Notes: generated by a model not told the origin, from the letters alone. DNA of 64,000 nt from Fimicolochytrium jonesii (GCF_025526975.1 NW_026515676.1:372001-436000), one strand, 5' to 3'; positions 14,084 to 27,588 are shown, counted from the first letter of the stretch. Program-made: numbers and translations.

Positions 14084-16252
14084 CTACCAAATGTTAACAA
14101 CCTTGTCCGCCGGACGGCGCATAGGGCCCACCGACACATTGTACGCTTTCCAGAACCCTTCAATGTCCGACAACGGCCCATTGATCCTGAAATGCGCGGG
14201 CGAGTGCACATCACTCGCAACCTGCTTGCGGGTCGACTCCTCCCTCCTGTTCTCACGGTACGAGACCGCGTACCCGGCAAAGAACTGCTGCTCAGGCGTG
14301 AGCGTCACGGCGACCTTCCCTGCGGCATCGCGGAGCACCAAATCAGGCAACCGCCCGTTCTTGGCCATGTAGTTCTGGAACGCAGAGAACCCGATCGCGA
14401 CGCCGCCCAGATCGGCAATGTTCTCGCCGACCGTCGCGCTGCCGTCGATGTGCAGGCCGAGCACCTCGTACCCGTTGAATTGAGAGATCAGGCCCTCCGT
14501 GCGGTTCGCGAAGGCGGCCGCGTCCGCGGGCGTCCACCAGTCGTCCAATTGACCAGTTCCGTCATACAAACGACCATCGTTGTCGAAGCCGTGGGTGAAC
14601 TCGTGGCCGACGGTACCCGCAGCCATGGAGCCGTAGTTGAATCCGAGGAGATCCTCTTTACGGCCGTATGCGGAGGGGTAGTAGTTGGGCGGGGTCATCA
14701 TCGCGGCAGTGACGACGATACAGTTGACCAGAGGGTCGTAGTACGCATTGACCTCAGTGGGCGACATGTCCCACCGGTTCGTGTCCGGTTTCTTGCCCAC
14801 CTCCGAGATAGCCTTCTTGGTGCGCGCGGCGAGGATGATGCGGCGGTTGGCCGCGTACGGCTTGGTGGCGCTCACGCCCTTGACCTCGGCATACGTGTTC
14901 CATGTCTCGGGGTACGCGATCTTGGCATTCACCATCCCCAATTTCTCAAACGCCTTCTGCTTCGTCTCGGCCGACAACCAGTCGCGGGTGGAGATGTGGT
15001 CCTTGAACGCAGCACGCACAGTCTCGACAATCTCTTCCGCGGTCGCCTTGTCCTGCGCCGAGAACGCGGCCTCCACAAAGGGGCGCGCAATCGTGTCGGG
15101 GAGATTAGCCTCCACGAAGCTCTTGACCTCCTTCCACCGCTCGCCTTGCTGTTCCTGCCCGCCCAGCGTCTTGCCAAAGAACTCAAACTGCGCCGTGGCG
15201 AACTTCTTGGGCAAGAACGGCGCGTTGGCGGAGAGGAAGTTGAACCGGATGTACTGCTTGAACACCTCGGTCGTGTTCTTTTGCGCGAGGAGGTCGCTGA
15301 CGGTGGTGAAATACGCCGGGTTGTTGACAATCACAAACTCGCCGACCTGCTTGGTGCTGCTGAACCCCAACGTGCGGAAATACGTCTTCCAGTCAACGTT
15401 GGGCGCGGTGGCGGTCAGATTCGCAACCGTCAACACATTGTACGTCTGCTCCACATCGTCCCGGTCATCCACCGACAACGACGCAAGCGCGAGCGTCGAC
15501 TCAAGATCCCGGATGCGCTTCGCCGTCGCGGTCGCGGCCTTCTTCCCCAATTTCGGGTCCGCGAGCGTCAACACCCGCGCGATGTACTTGACATACTCGG
15601 CGTGGATCGGGTCGGTCGCGTTCAGGAAGTAGTCGCGGGGGATGTTGAGCTCCGAGTCGGACAGATCGGACAAATAGACCACGTTCTTGGGCGTCTTCGG
15701 GTCCTTCGCGACCCCGGTCGTAAAGACCACACCCAGCGCTTCCCTATGCACGGTCGCGATCAACTCCACCAACGCGGCCGGCGTGTTCCTGCACTTCCTG
15801 ATCATCCCCAACACATCCTCCACGGGCTTCAACCCAGCCTTCTCGATCAGCTTCACGTCCATCGCCGACTTGACGACGTTCGCAAACAGCGTGGTGTTCC
15901 TGGTCGTCTGCGCCTGCTCGAACAGGTTCCTGAGCACGTTGTCGACGTAGTTGGCGGACTCGCTGAACGCGGACACGGACGTGCGGTCGGCAGGGATCGG
16001 GTGCGTCTTCTTCCACCCGCCGTTCACGTAGTTGTCGAAATCCTGCTTGGGATCCACCGAGAGGTCAAAGTCGCTGATGTTGAACGGGACCCCCGGGCGC
16101 GTCACCACGGGGAGGGTGGTGGAGGTGGGCACCGCGGAGGTGGAGGTGCGGGTGGACGTGGACGAGACGGCCTTGGTGGGTGCCGCGACGGCCGGCGAGA
16201 AGACGGCGAGCGCCGTGGCCGCGCAGGCGAGAAGGAAGGTGCGGGCGACCAT
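14084..16252 (-). CDS. Secreted M13 (neprilysin/PepO-like) zinc metallopeptidase, intronless
   Basis: Signal peptide MVARTFLLACAATALAVFSPAVA; PKQDFDNYVNGGW, VNAYY, GHEFTHGFD (HExxH), GENIADLGG, DVHSPAHFRING. Confidence 0.95.
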   Translation of the reverse strand: MVARTFLLACAATALAVFSPAVAAPTKAVSSTSTRTSTSAVPTSTTLPVVTRPGVPFNISDFDLSVDPKQDFDNYVNGGWKKTHPIPADRTSVSAFSESANYVDNVLRNLFEQAQTTRNTTLFANVVKSAMDVKLIEKAGLKPVEDVLGMIRKCRNTPAALVELIATVHREALGVVFTTGVAKDPKTPKNVVYLSDLSDSELNIPRDYFLNATDPIHAEYVKYIARVLTLADPKLGKKAATATAKRIRDLESTLALASLSVDDRDDVEQTYNVLTVANLTATAPNVDWKTYFRTLGFSSTKQVGEFVIVNNPAYFTTVSDLLAQKNTTEVFKQYIRFNFLSANAPFLPKKFATAQFEFFGKTLGGQEQQGERWKEVKSFVEANLPDTIARPFVEAAFSAQDKATAEEIVETVRAAFKDHISTRDWLSAETKQKAFEKLGMVNAKIAYPETWNTYAEVKGVSATKPYAANRRIILAARTKKAISEVGKKPDTNRWDMSPTEVNAYYDPLVNCIVVTAAMMTPPNYYPSAYGRKEDLLGFNYGSMAAGTVGHEFTHGFDNDGRLYDGTGQLDDWWTPADAAAFANRTEGLISQFNGYEVLGLHIDGSATVGENIADLGGVAIGFSAFQNYMAKNGRLPDLVLRDAAGKVAVTLTPEQQFFAGYAVSYRENRREESTRKQVASDVHSPAHFRINGPLSDIEGFWKAYNVSVGPMRRPADKVVNIW

Positions 16253-18170
16253 TTTTGGAATGTCCGCTTCGTTTTTTCCTGGCACGGAGAGAGACGAGCC
16301 ACTTATATATATCTATACCCCGAGGCTGCTGGAGAAGAAGGGAAAGGGGCCCGATAAGGGCCGGCCCTTTTTTATACGATTTGGAGGAGCGACGGGGCTT
16401 CAAGTTGGAACTTCCGAAGCGGGATCCCATGATGTCCCCGATTTCCCCATGTCCACAAAAATACCCGCATGGACGTTCCGGACTTCATCGAAAATTCTTC
16501 CCCCGGTGGGCCGGTGGGATAATTTCATATCAAGCTCGCCGCGCACAGGCAACCGGCACGCACACGCTCCCCGGGGAATGTTCAATGTGCTCAAGGACAA
16601 ACACCAGAACAAGACCCATATCCAATCCCACTTCTTTAGCTTTGAAATGAGAATCGGAGCAAACATCTCTAAACCAAACTGCAGATAGCCACACATCCCA
16701 TCCCAGCCATCAAGTGTGTCATCAGGACAGCTGAACACCGATCAAGGCCCATCCCGGCAGGACGCCATCGTCTGCAAATTCGACGCCAATGTTTGTTGGC
16801 CCCACACCAGTGCAAGCGGTGTTACCGACGGGGGTGTGCGACGTCGATGTCCGTGAATGAATTTTTGTTGCAAAATTGACTTGCCCTTTTTGGGGCCGCG
16901 GGTTTGGAAGGTGGGAAGGTGGAACTTCGAAGTGGACGCGCACGGATGACATAAGCATCGGAGGGCTTGGATCGACGCGTTTTGGAACAGGCGGCTTGCA
17001 AAGCGGGATAGACCATTCAAGTATCGAGACTATTGCCTCCCCTACTGGCGCCGGGGATCAAGATGGCATTGTTTGATGATACGTTTAGCGCGAGTAAGAG
17101 CGAGCCCTAGTATACGGCCCCCGGCCGTTAATCTACCTCTACAACGGGCCCCGCCTCACACCCACCGACCAAGCCCTACCAGCACTCAACAGAATGAATC
17201 AACCGATCTCGGCGTCCCACCTTTCCCAAGCGTGCAAGAACCCCGCAACAGAACCAGCAATCGATATCTTCTTCCAGTGGGGATCCGTCGGGAACCGCTG
17301 AGAGGGTTAGCAGGACTACAGCGAATGATGTGACGCTGGTGCATGCGATGCCGAAATAACAGTTCAATGGGGCGGGATGACGGCGATACATGGAGAAATC
17401 GTTTCGGGGGGTATTGAAAGACGCTTCTGTCCTGTCCTCGGCGCTCGATCTTGTTGGGGATGCGAATGTCATGGCGATCGGGGCGTGGAATGGCTTGGGC
17501 GAGGGGACGGGGGTGGGGAGAGATTATCATTAGAGTGTGAAGGGGGAGTTGGTTGCTCCGACGAGGTTTGGAGTGAGAGGCAGTGTGTGGTGGGGAGTGC
17601 GGGGTGAGAGATAGGAGAGTGGCGCGGAGTCGGGGTGGTGGACGTGGGGGATTTGTACGTTGGTCGTGGCGGCAGTGCTTGGGGTCGTTTGAATGGGTAA
17701 TTTTGGGGGGAAGAAAACGACCCGATTACGGAGAATACGGCCCGCAGCAGGACAGGGCCTTTGCATTGGAGCGATGTTCGCTTTCTGGAGTTTGTCATGC
17801 TATTAATAATACCAATGTTGATACATAGTTCGCCGAGAACTTCCTTATGCGGCTTCACTCGTGAAGAAATGCTTAAGCATGGGTGTAGCTTTCACAGGAA
17901 GCTGGGTTCCAGCTTCTGCAACTCCACATTTGGGCGGCGGTCGACATCTCGTGAGCGGTCCACCCCGACATTCTTACGCCGTCCTTTCCCTGAACGATGG
18001 TTCAGGGCATCCCTCTAGGAACGGATTCCATGGCGGAGATAACATCGCGGCCATTACACTTCGATCGCACAAATCGCTGCTCCCCCTCCCGGACCTCCAT
18101 TCCTCTTCCCAGCCTTCCCTCCCGTGCGGCGAACCATATTCCAGTTTTCGCATATCCACCCAATCTTCAT

Positions 18171-19030
18171 TCAAAACTCTCGGGCGGTAAGGTGATCCCT
18201 GACCGCAAACACGTAATCACCCTGCAGGACGACGTGGTTGTTGAGCTCGGAGACGGCGATACGTTCGGCGGGGATGAAGGATGCAAGTTCGCGGGCGAGG
18301 AACTGTGTGGGACAGGCGTGTGTGGGTTAGTTTCGTGGGTCAATGGTTCTTGGGAGCTTACGGCCGAGAACGCACGCTCAGATTCGTCCGCCCAAGAATA
18401 TGTCTTTCGCATGATCTTGGATCTGCCCTCCATCCCATCTCCCAGTGTGCTCAATCAGCCACAACGTTACTCCCCCTGATCCTCCCGTCTCAACCCCAAA
18501 GCACATCAGCTCCCTCTCGGTAAGTTCCCCATATCCTCACCTCAGCACTCCCATCGACTCTCCTAATCGTCGTAATGATCTGCGTCCGGCCCTTTTCGTA
18601 CGCCCTGTATACGGGCAGGTTGCCTGTTTTCGTTCGTCGGACGCGGTACGGGAGTGTGTCTGTAATTGCAAAGGGTGTGAGTAAAACGGCTTTCCCAAAT
18701 GATACCGCCCCATCGCTGCTCGCTACCTTTCTTCCTTGCAGGTTCAGCGGTGGGATCTCCTATCAGCTCAGTCTTCATGACGGTCGGTCGCGGGCGGTTG
18801 CCGAGTGGTGCGCCGCGGTAGCCTCTCGAAGGAGTGAGTATGGTAGCTGCGGATCGTGGGAATAGCGGCGATGGCGTCGAAGGTGAGGCATTTTGTAGTG
18901 GTTGTTGGCGGGAAGCGGGATACGATCGGAGGCTGTGGGAGGAGAGTGTTCGCGCGGGTGTGCAACTGCTCAGAGAGGGTGCTGTCCGAGACCGCTGCGA
19001 GCGGAGGAGGGTTGTAGTTGCCCGTATCAT
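18171..19030 (-). CDS. IMG2: Mitochondrial large ribosomal protein mL49/Img2, 3 exons
   Basis: R/S-rich presequence; spliced exon 2 LPYRVRRTKTGNLPVY...QIITTIRRVDG; exon 3 ...NNHVVLQGDYVFAVRDHLTAREF*. Confidence 0.85.
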
Positions 19031-19353
19031 GGGTGCTGTGCGAAAGCAGTGGTTGCTGCCAGGTGTGTGTCTGTTCTGCCTGTGGCGATGACGTTCTCTT
19101 GCCCAGTCTGATCCCGCAGTGCTGTGGAAAAGGCGAAAAAGAGCGACGGGAAGAAGCGCAGAGGAGCGCGTGTGGCGCAGTCATGGGAGTGCGACTAATG
19201 CGAGGTGTGATATTAACACCCCCCCCTGGGTGCTCAGAAGACGGACAGAAAACCCCTCGGGTCTCGCACAGCAACAGCAAGGAGAGCAAAAAGGCAGAAG
19301 GCCATATTCGGCTTGCTCTCATAATACCCGGAAAAATTACATAGGAGAGCGAA

Positions 19354-20271
19354 ATGGCCGGTCGTGGGGGAGGTGGTGGAGGATGGCGAGGTGGTCGTGG
19401 AGGAGGCGGTGGGGGCGGCTTCGGCAGAGGACGGAGTGGGCTGGATATGCCCGATGACCTGGAGGTCCAATACAAAGAGACGCCGCTTTTTCCTGTGAGT
19501 GCTGAAGCCTCGCTCCGTAGCGTTGCTCTGGGTGGGAGAGTGAGCACTTTGTCTCCGGAAGTTTAAACCCGTCTAATTGGAGGCCATCACCGCGATCTCG
19601 CTACTTCCCTTAGGACTACCAACCAAATCCTTTTACTGAAATGAGTAAGGACGAGGAGCGGCTGATGGAGGGATGGAAACTGTTCATGGATACGTGCAAA
19701 GACTTGCCATACTACATCGACGTTGCACCACCAAAACAAGGTTCGCGTCCTTCCGATGTCTCCCTGCATATCGTACGTTGATCCTCACACAACCTCTCTC
19801 ACACCCCAGACATAGAACGGTATTCAGACCGCTTCAAAAAGCCACAAAAAGCCGGCCGCAAAACATTCGCCACAGTCCCCACCGACCTCTCCTTTTTTCC
19901 GGACGAGCTGCATAGCGTCAAGGATGCGTCTAAAGCACCGCGAGCGGCCAAATTGGTGAAGAAGGATATTGATTTGAGCAAATTGGATGCGCTGGAGAAG
20001 GAGGAGGGGGCTGGTGGGAAGGTGCAGGCCGCAGGAGAAGACGACGATGACGATGAGTTGCCAGCAGAAGAGATCGACGAGGATCTCGAGGAAGACGATA
20101 ACGACTACATTATTGATCATTATGACGACGAGTACGACGATTTGGATGGGGGTGGTGGCAGTGGACGTGAGTCTAAACGCTTTCTGTGGGCGTTCGGGTC
20201 GCACTTGACCTGTGTTGTGTTGTGGAACATCACTGATACGCTTATCTTTTTCAGAGGAGGATTACTCATAG
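19354..20271 (+). CDS. RPC31: RNA polymerase III subunit C31 (Rpc31/POLR3G), 4 exons
   Basis: MAGRGGG..., TPLFP, LPYYI, DIERYSDRFKK, FFPDEL and acidic tail with DDNDYIIDHYDD. Confidence 0.88.
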
Positions 20272-20687
20272 CTGCCGCTGCTCTCCATCATGACATTATG
20301 TTGTCGCTCATTATCGACATCGTTTCCCACATGCGCAACAAGACAACCACTCGCCGAGAGTCGTATACTTTCGCATTTTATTTATGATATTTCATCGACA
20401 ATCGATGCCGCGCACACCCATCTGTGTGCCTTTTTGGATCCCCATTTTACACGCTTCCGCTTGTACCATACTACAAAAAGATATCCCATGCATGCCGTAC
20501 AACATAGCATGCGCATATCCCCCTCCCATCCCGACTCATCACATCCTACACACACAATACATATAGAGAGTTACGGGATGCCCACAATAAAGTCAAACCA
20601 CTTCCGCCTCCACATTGTCCTTCTCATATCCTTGGCAGCTCTTCCTTTTCTTTCTCCATTCCCTCATTCATATCTCCATCCGTTCCA

Positions 20688-23600
20688 TCAAACATTGGCA
20701 GAAGCAGCAACCATCGCGTCCCCGTTCGGCTCCTCCCGCCCAGCAGCTCCAGGAGTCACGATCTGAACAACAGGCGTGCCCCCAAGCCCGGGCTTCCCAT
20801 CCGCCACCAATTTCTCCCCCTCCCTCAAAGACCGCACATCCCCTTCCTCATCTCGTGTTCCAAGAAGCATACTCAATCCCGTCGGTACGGACATGGACGC
20901 AGGCAGCATCCGGAACCCGAGGTTGATCATCTTCTTCACGGTGCCTGAGATGCCCATCGTCGGTGGTGTAGCTGTCATCGGGGTGGTGGTGGTGGTGGAC
21001 GTCACCATCTCCTCCCGACTGATCTGATCCACCCCACCACCGAAAATCAACCCCCGCATCTCCGCCCGAAACTCATCCGCCAAGCCCGATCTGGTAGGCG
21101 AAAGCGGGTGGGCGGTCGTTACCTCCAGCGGGGCCACATGAGTTTGCGATGTGATTGGGTGCACGGGGGCTGATGGGTGGCGTATGTGGCGTGTAGTGGG
21201 GGCGGATAGGGTTGTGCGTGCGAGGGTGGGCGAGGGAAAGGGTGAGGGAGAGGGCGAGGCGGGGAGAGGGGTGGATAGAGCGTGGTGGAGGAGGGTTGAA
21301 AAGTTCAAGAGGGATTGGCATGGGAGGTTTTGTGGTGGTGTTGCCTCCGCGATGGTTGTAGGTGGTTCGGTATGGACTTGGGTGTCGTGTGCGGGCGGGG
21401 TGACGATGCTGGGCGTGTCGAGGGATGTGGGAATGAGGTCCGGTTCTGCCCCACCAGACGTTTTAGGAGATGTTTCTTCGGCAGGGTTGCCTGATATCGG
21501 TCCCGCGACGGCCGGTTCCACACCCGCATCCGCATCGCAGGAGGTCACCTCAAGCGATGTGCTTCGCACGGGAAGACCAGACGCCGTACCCGTCTCGGGC
21601 TGCGTTCTCTCCACTTCCGCGACGGGTGGTTCCGTGCCCGTAGGGACATCGCTGGTGGTCAGGTCAAGTAATGTGTTTCGAATGGGGAGGTTGGAGGGCG
21701 TAGCCGCTTCGGCATTCTTTATTTCTATCTCCGCGTCGTTGCTTTTTACCACTGGATCCGATTTAGGGAGGACGAACGGCGAATCCAACCCCGGCAAACC
21801 CGGTAAGTTCAACGCAACTTCAGTAGGAGGGATAGTTGTGGCTTTCACGGCTGCCGTCGCAGCACCAGCGCAGCTGGTCACTACAAGCGACGTATCTTGT
21901 ACGGGAAGGTCGGCCGCCGTATTCGCCGTGGGATCCCTCGCATTAGCCTCCCGCTCTCTCTTCGTCAGCGCCTGATCGCCCTTCTTCACCGACAACGGTG
22001 ATCTGGGAAGCACAAACGGCGCATCCAACCCGGGCAAACACGCTTTTTGCTCATCCAACACAAACGAATCCGAGCGTTTCGGCATCTCCGGCCGCTTGGC
22101 CTCCACCCGGACCTCCATCGGCTTCACCGCCATCGGACCCACCGCCAACGACAACGAAGGTGCCGACGCGTTGTTGTGAGCTCCCATACGGAGTCCGATT
22201 GACGACCTGCTTGCCGGTTTAGCGGGCATATTATGACGGATCTCGGTCGGATCCACGCCAAAGATATCCGTTGCATTTTCGATCAAGAACAAACACGCCG
22301 CTTCTTCCGCCGTCATCATCATGTCACCAGTCGTAGCTGTGGACGCCCCACCATCGATGCCGAACACGACCTTATGAACCCCCTTCACAATATTCTTCGA
22401 ATACATGCTGAACACATCCCGCGTGCTGATCCGCTGCCAATGCGCAAACATCAACCGCAGCACGTCCTTGTTGGCGCCCGCGTACGGCGTCTCGCAGACA
22501 ATGGCGCGGAATTCAGAGACCTTGTCCGTCAATTTACTGCTCGTCGTCTCCGCGTAGTGGTTCCGCAACCCTTGTGCCGCGCCGCGGAGCTGGTCGGCTA
22601 TACCCCGGGGCAAGACGGTCGGCCCGGCCAGATCGCCATCAGCGCCCTTTTTCTTCACGCAGCAGAGTTTGATGTACGCCAAAACGAGCTTGGAGAGATA
22701 CTTTGCATCCGCTTTAGGTTTATTGCCCGACCCGGCGGAGAGAAGGTTCCAGGTCGCGATACTCGGGCGTGCCAACAACTGCGACACCGGCTCGCGGAGT
22801 TTATCTTCTTCGCCTGCCGTCAACGCAGCATACAACAACTTCTCATTTTTCCCGCTACGCTCGATATCCCCAAACGCACGCTGCAGGAGCTCGTACGTCG
22901 TGATCGGGTCGTTCGCGCACCCGGCGTTCCGGCCCGCACCCGGAGACTTGCCGCCGATCCCGAACATCGAGCTGATCGTCCGGCGAGGGGTGGGAGACGC
23001 CGCCCGGCTGTTCATCATGCTCCCCGGGATCGGCGGGCGTGCACTACTCCCCGGTTTACCCCGGTTCGGCATCGTGTAAAACGGCGGCGGCGCCGCATCC
23101 CCGTTCCCAAATCCGGCGATCGACGGCCTCCGCCCCGTTATCCCCTTCAACGCCATGCTCAGTCTCCTCACACTAATGCCCCCGCCGCCGCCGCGCGGAC
23201 CCGCCGGCTCCTTTGGCGTGTTGATGTTGGACTCTGTCGCGAGTGAGGCGAGCGAGGCGATGGAGGTTGAGCGGGAGACGGATTGGGACGGGGCGCGGGA
23301 GGTCGCGCAGGAGGAGGCGAGGGATTGGGCGGCGCAGTGGGTGGTGATTATGGAGTGGAGGAGGGGGAGGAGGGTGGTGCGGAAGTGGGGTTGGTGGGTT
23401 TGTTTGGTGGTTTTGAGGTGGTGGTGGGTTGTTGTTACTATGGCGGTGAAGTGAGATGTGAGTGGATACGCAGGAGGGCAGAATGGACGACGATTGACAT
23501 GTGATGCATGGAGAAATTCCGTGGTGGACACCTCGCTACTCACCTTCCTCCAACACCCTCCGTCGAACACCACCCACAGCAACGCACTTCTCCGCGGCCG

Positions 23601-26366
23601 TATAGTCGCTCAACTCCGTGTACGGCGTCTCAGCCGTGGCAAACTCCCGTGGCGCGGCAAGATGGAGCCATGTACGCCCGTCGTCTGCGTACTGTACGAT
23701 TCCGAGTGCGTCTGCATTGAGGATGAGTGTGAGATGGGTGAATAGGGGGATTTGAGGTCATGGGGTAATGAAACTTACGGTACGATCCTTTGACTTTGGC
23801 TACGATGTCCCAGACGTTGGACCCGGCCGGGCATACAATCAGGCCGATAGATCCCTGGATATCGCATACTCGAGTTAGAACACAACCATAGTAATCCAGC
23901 ACGCGCACAACCAGGTTTCCAACGCACCAAACGCCCTCCAGTCAACCCGGCCAGATGATTATAGTACACATCCACGCCATTCCAGGTCTGCGCATACACC
24001 GCAAGCGGTTTCTGTACCGTTTGCGATTTCGGTCCTGTTGTGCACGACGCAGTTATATTGGGGATGAACTGGACATTGGCGGTGAATGTGGGGAGACCTT
24101 ACCCTTATTCGGTTTGGTTAAGAGATAGATCTGGGCGTTCCGCGCGGCTCGCAGGAACTCGTTCTTGCGGGAGATGTTTTCGGCCCGGATGGCGCGGGTG
24201 CCGTCTATGATGTCCTTGAGGCCGATTATGAAGTCTGGTGGCGCAAGGTGGGGGAACAGACCGTTAATGAATGCAAGTGCGCCCACTTAAGAGCTTCAGG
24301 CCGCGTACCATGCTCATTGAGATTCGCAAGCACCATCTTCTGCAGCTCATACACATAATTCTCCTCATATGGGGATCTCTTCCTTCTCGTAGACTGTTTC
24401 GGATTCGCAGGCCCGCGCACCGCGACGAGCACGCAGGTCGAGAAAAGGAGCAGCGTGACTGCTTCGCAGGGTGTGCTGCTCACTAGATTATCCAGTGTTT
24501 GGGCTCGTAGCTCGAAGAGGAACAGTGTACCCGCTTTGGCGAGGGTGCCCCCGGTCTTGAAAACGCAGTCCATAGCCAACGGCAGTTGATCCTCCTCCGC
24601 CTTCTTCTGATAATCCTCCATCACGGCCAATAGACTGCACACAGCGTCCAGGGCGCCACGGACATGCGGGCGGGCTTGATGGTCCCCGGGCAACAACTTC
24701 ATCAAATTCTCAAACCCGAGCTTGTACTGGAACGGTCTTTGGGAGGGCAGGAACCTCAAATCGCTAAACGACGTCGGTACGCCATCGGACTCCTCGAGGC
24801 GAGTGCTACAATCGGTAATGAACTCTTGGAAATCGGGGTTTGTCTTAGGGTCCCGCGCCACGGCGACCGCCAGGCGTCTGGCATAGGCTGAGTAGGCCTT
24901 CACGCTATTCGGGCTCGTAAGTATATCCGCAAACGCATCGCAGAAGCGACTCATGCCTTGCTCATTGGCGAGGTCGCCCAGTTGCTGGAGCATCTGATCC
25001 GACACGGCCACCAGCTCGGCCATGTCCGGCGCGATCTGCCGGAGAAATTCACGACTGCCTACACTAGGCCGCACCCGACCTCCCGTCAGTCGAAGCACGT
25101 AGCCCTTCTGATACAGCTTCAGTTTCCCGTTGAAAGATCTTTCTATTGCCATCATTTCTAGTAGTGTGCCGCGGACTTTTGGGCTGTCGATGTGTGTCGG
25201 CGGCGTCCTCTCGGACTCCTTCGCGATCCCGCTGTCTATTGTTTTCGGGGCTGGCATGCAGAGACCGAGATCGACGAACGCTCGGCACTCCTTCTCGGGT
25301 GAGATGAATTCGTGTAGCGTGGTCCCACCAAAGGCGTCCATGAGCGCCGCAGGAGGCGCCGGGGCTGCACCCACATTTTCCGCCCCGTTGCCAAGCTGTG
25401 TGATCACATCCACCACAACATGGTCCACCTTGTCCTCCGCCCGCCACACCGGATCCAGCGCCTCCAGCATCGGCACCGGGTTGCTACGCACCAAACACGT
25501 CTCCTGCTCCGCCATCGCTGCAAGATCCGCAATCTCGTCGGACTCTTCCTCTGTATGCGGTGGCGAGTGCAGGAATCCTGCTGAACGCAGACTGGCCGTT
25601 ACCCATGGCTGCGACAGGTACGCCCGGAGAGCGGCGTGTACAATCGGTGAGTCGGATGTGATGGCGGCGCTGACGCGGTGCGAGCTGAAGCCCTGAAAAG
25701 TCCGCATAGGACGTTAAGTACACAATTTTGATGCGCTGGCAGCCAGGAATGAGGCCGAATCAGACTACGTACATGAGGCGAACGAATATAAACCTCGCTC
25801 TCGACCGGCGGCTCCTGAACCAGCTTCTTACTACTCCCTTTCCGATCCGGCTGCTTCTTTGTGATCGTTGCAAACACATGCCCAAACATGGCCGGGATAA
25901 AGAAGGTAGGCCCCGCCTCCTGTTTCGCATCATTCTTCTTCCGCACGTCCGCGACTTTCTCGACCTTCGCCTTGCCGCCGATCAGACTCGTGCGGCTGCT
26001 CCGCGCGCTTGGCGTCGGTGGTCGGCCGTAGATGCGCTCGGCGGCGGTTGCGGCTTGCAAAGCAGGAGATGCAGTTGTGATCGCGGCGTTGGGGCTTCTC
26101 TCGCCGTCCGCTGGGTGTGCTTTGTCGCCTTTGGGAACGCTGACGCTGATGTTGTCCCTTGATTTGAGCGGGAAGGGCTGCGGTTGGGTTACTTCTGGGC
26201 AGATTGTGAAGCCCGCCTCGGTCAGAGCGCTCTCCGCAAGCTGTAAAGAATGAAGGGGTTGCGAGTCAGTCCCAATACGTCAAAAAGACCTCGGGCATGA
26301 GAGAAACTGATCCCGTGCAAGGAAAAGTGTCAAACATACCCGGGCAATGTCTTCCTCGGTGGCCAT
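20688..26366 (-). CDS. Large multi-exon Rho-regulator-like protein: DH (RhoGEF) + PH-like + divergent RhoGAP-like domain + low-complexity tail
   Basis: DH-like LLEMMAIERSF...FSDLRFLPSQRPFQYKLGFENLMKLLP; GAP-like NKDVLRLMFAHWQRIS...FLIENATDIF; linking exons with GT/AG between 24226 and 23440; ATG exon MATEEDIAR at 26366. Single-gene model is inferred. Confidence 0.6.
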
Positions 26367-26858
26367 GACGGAGGAACGAGGAGCAACAAATGAGCTTGAG
26401 AGTCTCCGCAGTGTAAATGAATGAGTATTTTCCAGTCCGATGACACAAGGGAGAGTATGGAAAGTGAAAAAGTCGGGCACATGCGACTGACAACAAAAGT
26501 TGACAGGATTGACGGGAACGCGAGCTTATATAAGCGAGCGGAATCGCGTTTTTGGCTGAAGTTGGCCCCGGCGCATGCAATTCTCCAACTTGCCGCCATA
26601 ACCGACGGTGCGGCTCTGCAGGAAGGTCCTAATAAGTACTACTCATGACGTTCTATTTCTTCCGGAGACACGCATTTTGAGATTCCCGCCTCTACAAGAG
26701 TTCTAGACGTTTGCGAGGGATTCTGATGGCAAAGCATATGGATGCCAAAACTGTCCTTTATGGAGGGATGTCTTCTAGCCCACATCCCACATCCAATTGA
26801 GAATTCACCCTAATTTCTACACCCGCATTCGAGCAAGCGTTGAGGAAGACACAGCAAT

Positions 26859-27437
26859 ATGCCTGCACCTAAAAACACCCGGGGATCTGACAAGACCGCA
26901 TTTCCGGGGGTGGAGAAGAGCGAAAACGACGACGAGATGCGGAAGAGAAGCGACAAGGAGCCTGGCGGTGGCAGTCGCGAGACAACCACCACCCCAGCCA
27001 ACTCCAGCGAAACCTGCGCGGACCACCCAACAGGGACCATCCAACCCACCCGCCTCACCGCCGCGACCACCATCGACAAACTCAAACCCCCCACCTACTC
27101 CTCCCGCACCCCGCTCCTCCTCCGCGTCACCTTCCTCTTCCTCCGCCCACCCCACAACAAAACCCAGCACCTCGTCGCCCTCAACCACCCCCACGCCGTC
27201 ACCGACCTGCTCACCCTCGCCGCCAAACTGCTGCGCAACCTCCACTCCGTCATGGTCCACCCCCTCCCGAGCGCGGACGATGTGACGATCAGCGTTTATG
27301 AAGTCGTGAGGGATGACGAGGGCCGGGATGTGCTGGCAGCCGAGGGGGAGAGGGGGGAGGGGTGGAGGCGGGTCCGAGAGAAGTATGCGATCACTGCGGG
27401 GATTTCATGCGGGAGGGGGATCTGGTCGGTGTTTTGA
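26859..27437 (+). CDS. Hypothetical protein (192 aa)
   Basis: ATG-initiated ORF with host-like C-rich then G-rich codon pattern; no known motif. Confidence 0.5.
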   Translation: MPAPKNTRGSDKTAFPGVEKSENDDEMRKRSDKEPGGGSRETTTTPANSSETCADHPTGTIQPTRLTAATTIDKLKPPTYSSRTPLLLRVTFLFLRPPHNKTQHLVALNHPHAVTDLLTLAAKLLRNLHSVMVHPLPSADDVTISVYEVVRDDEGRDVLAAEGERGEGWRRVREKYAITAGISCGRGIWSVF

Positions 27438-27588
27438 AGGGGGAGAGGTATCTGGTTGTGCATTCCGGTATGTGTTTTGGGGCCCCCTTTTTCGCAAAGG
27501 GATGCAGATTTGAACATTCTCTCTCCACACACACATACCAGGCTGGGACCACAAGCTCCCGACCCCGACGCTCGCGCGCCTCCCCCCC

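Noticed and set aside
14015..16357. 780-aa plus-strand ORF
   Set aside because: Antisense shadow of the codon-biased M13 peptidase; no protein-like features
17176..17858. Several short overlapping ORFs between the M13 gene and IMG2
   Set aside because: No recognisable motif or consistent exon chain
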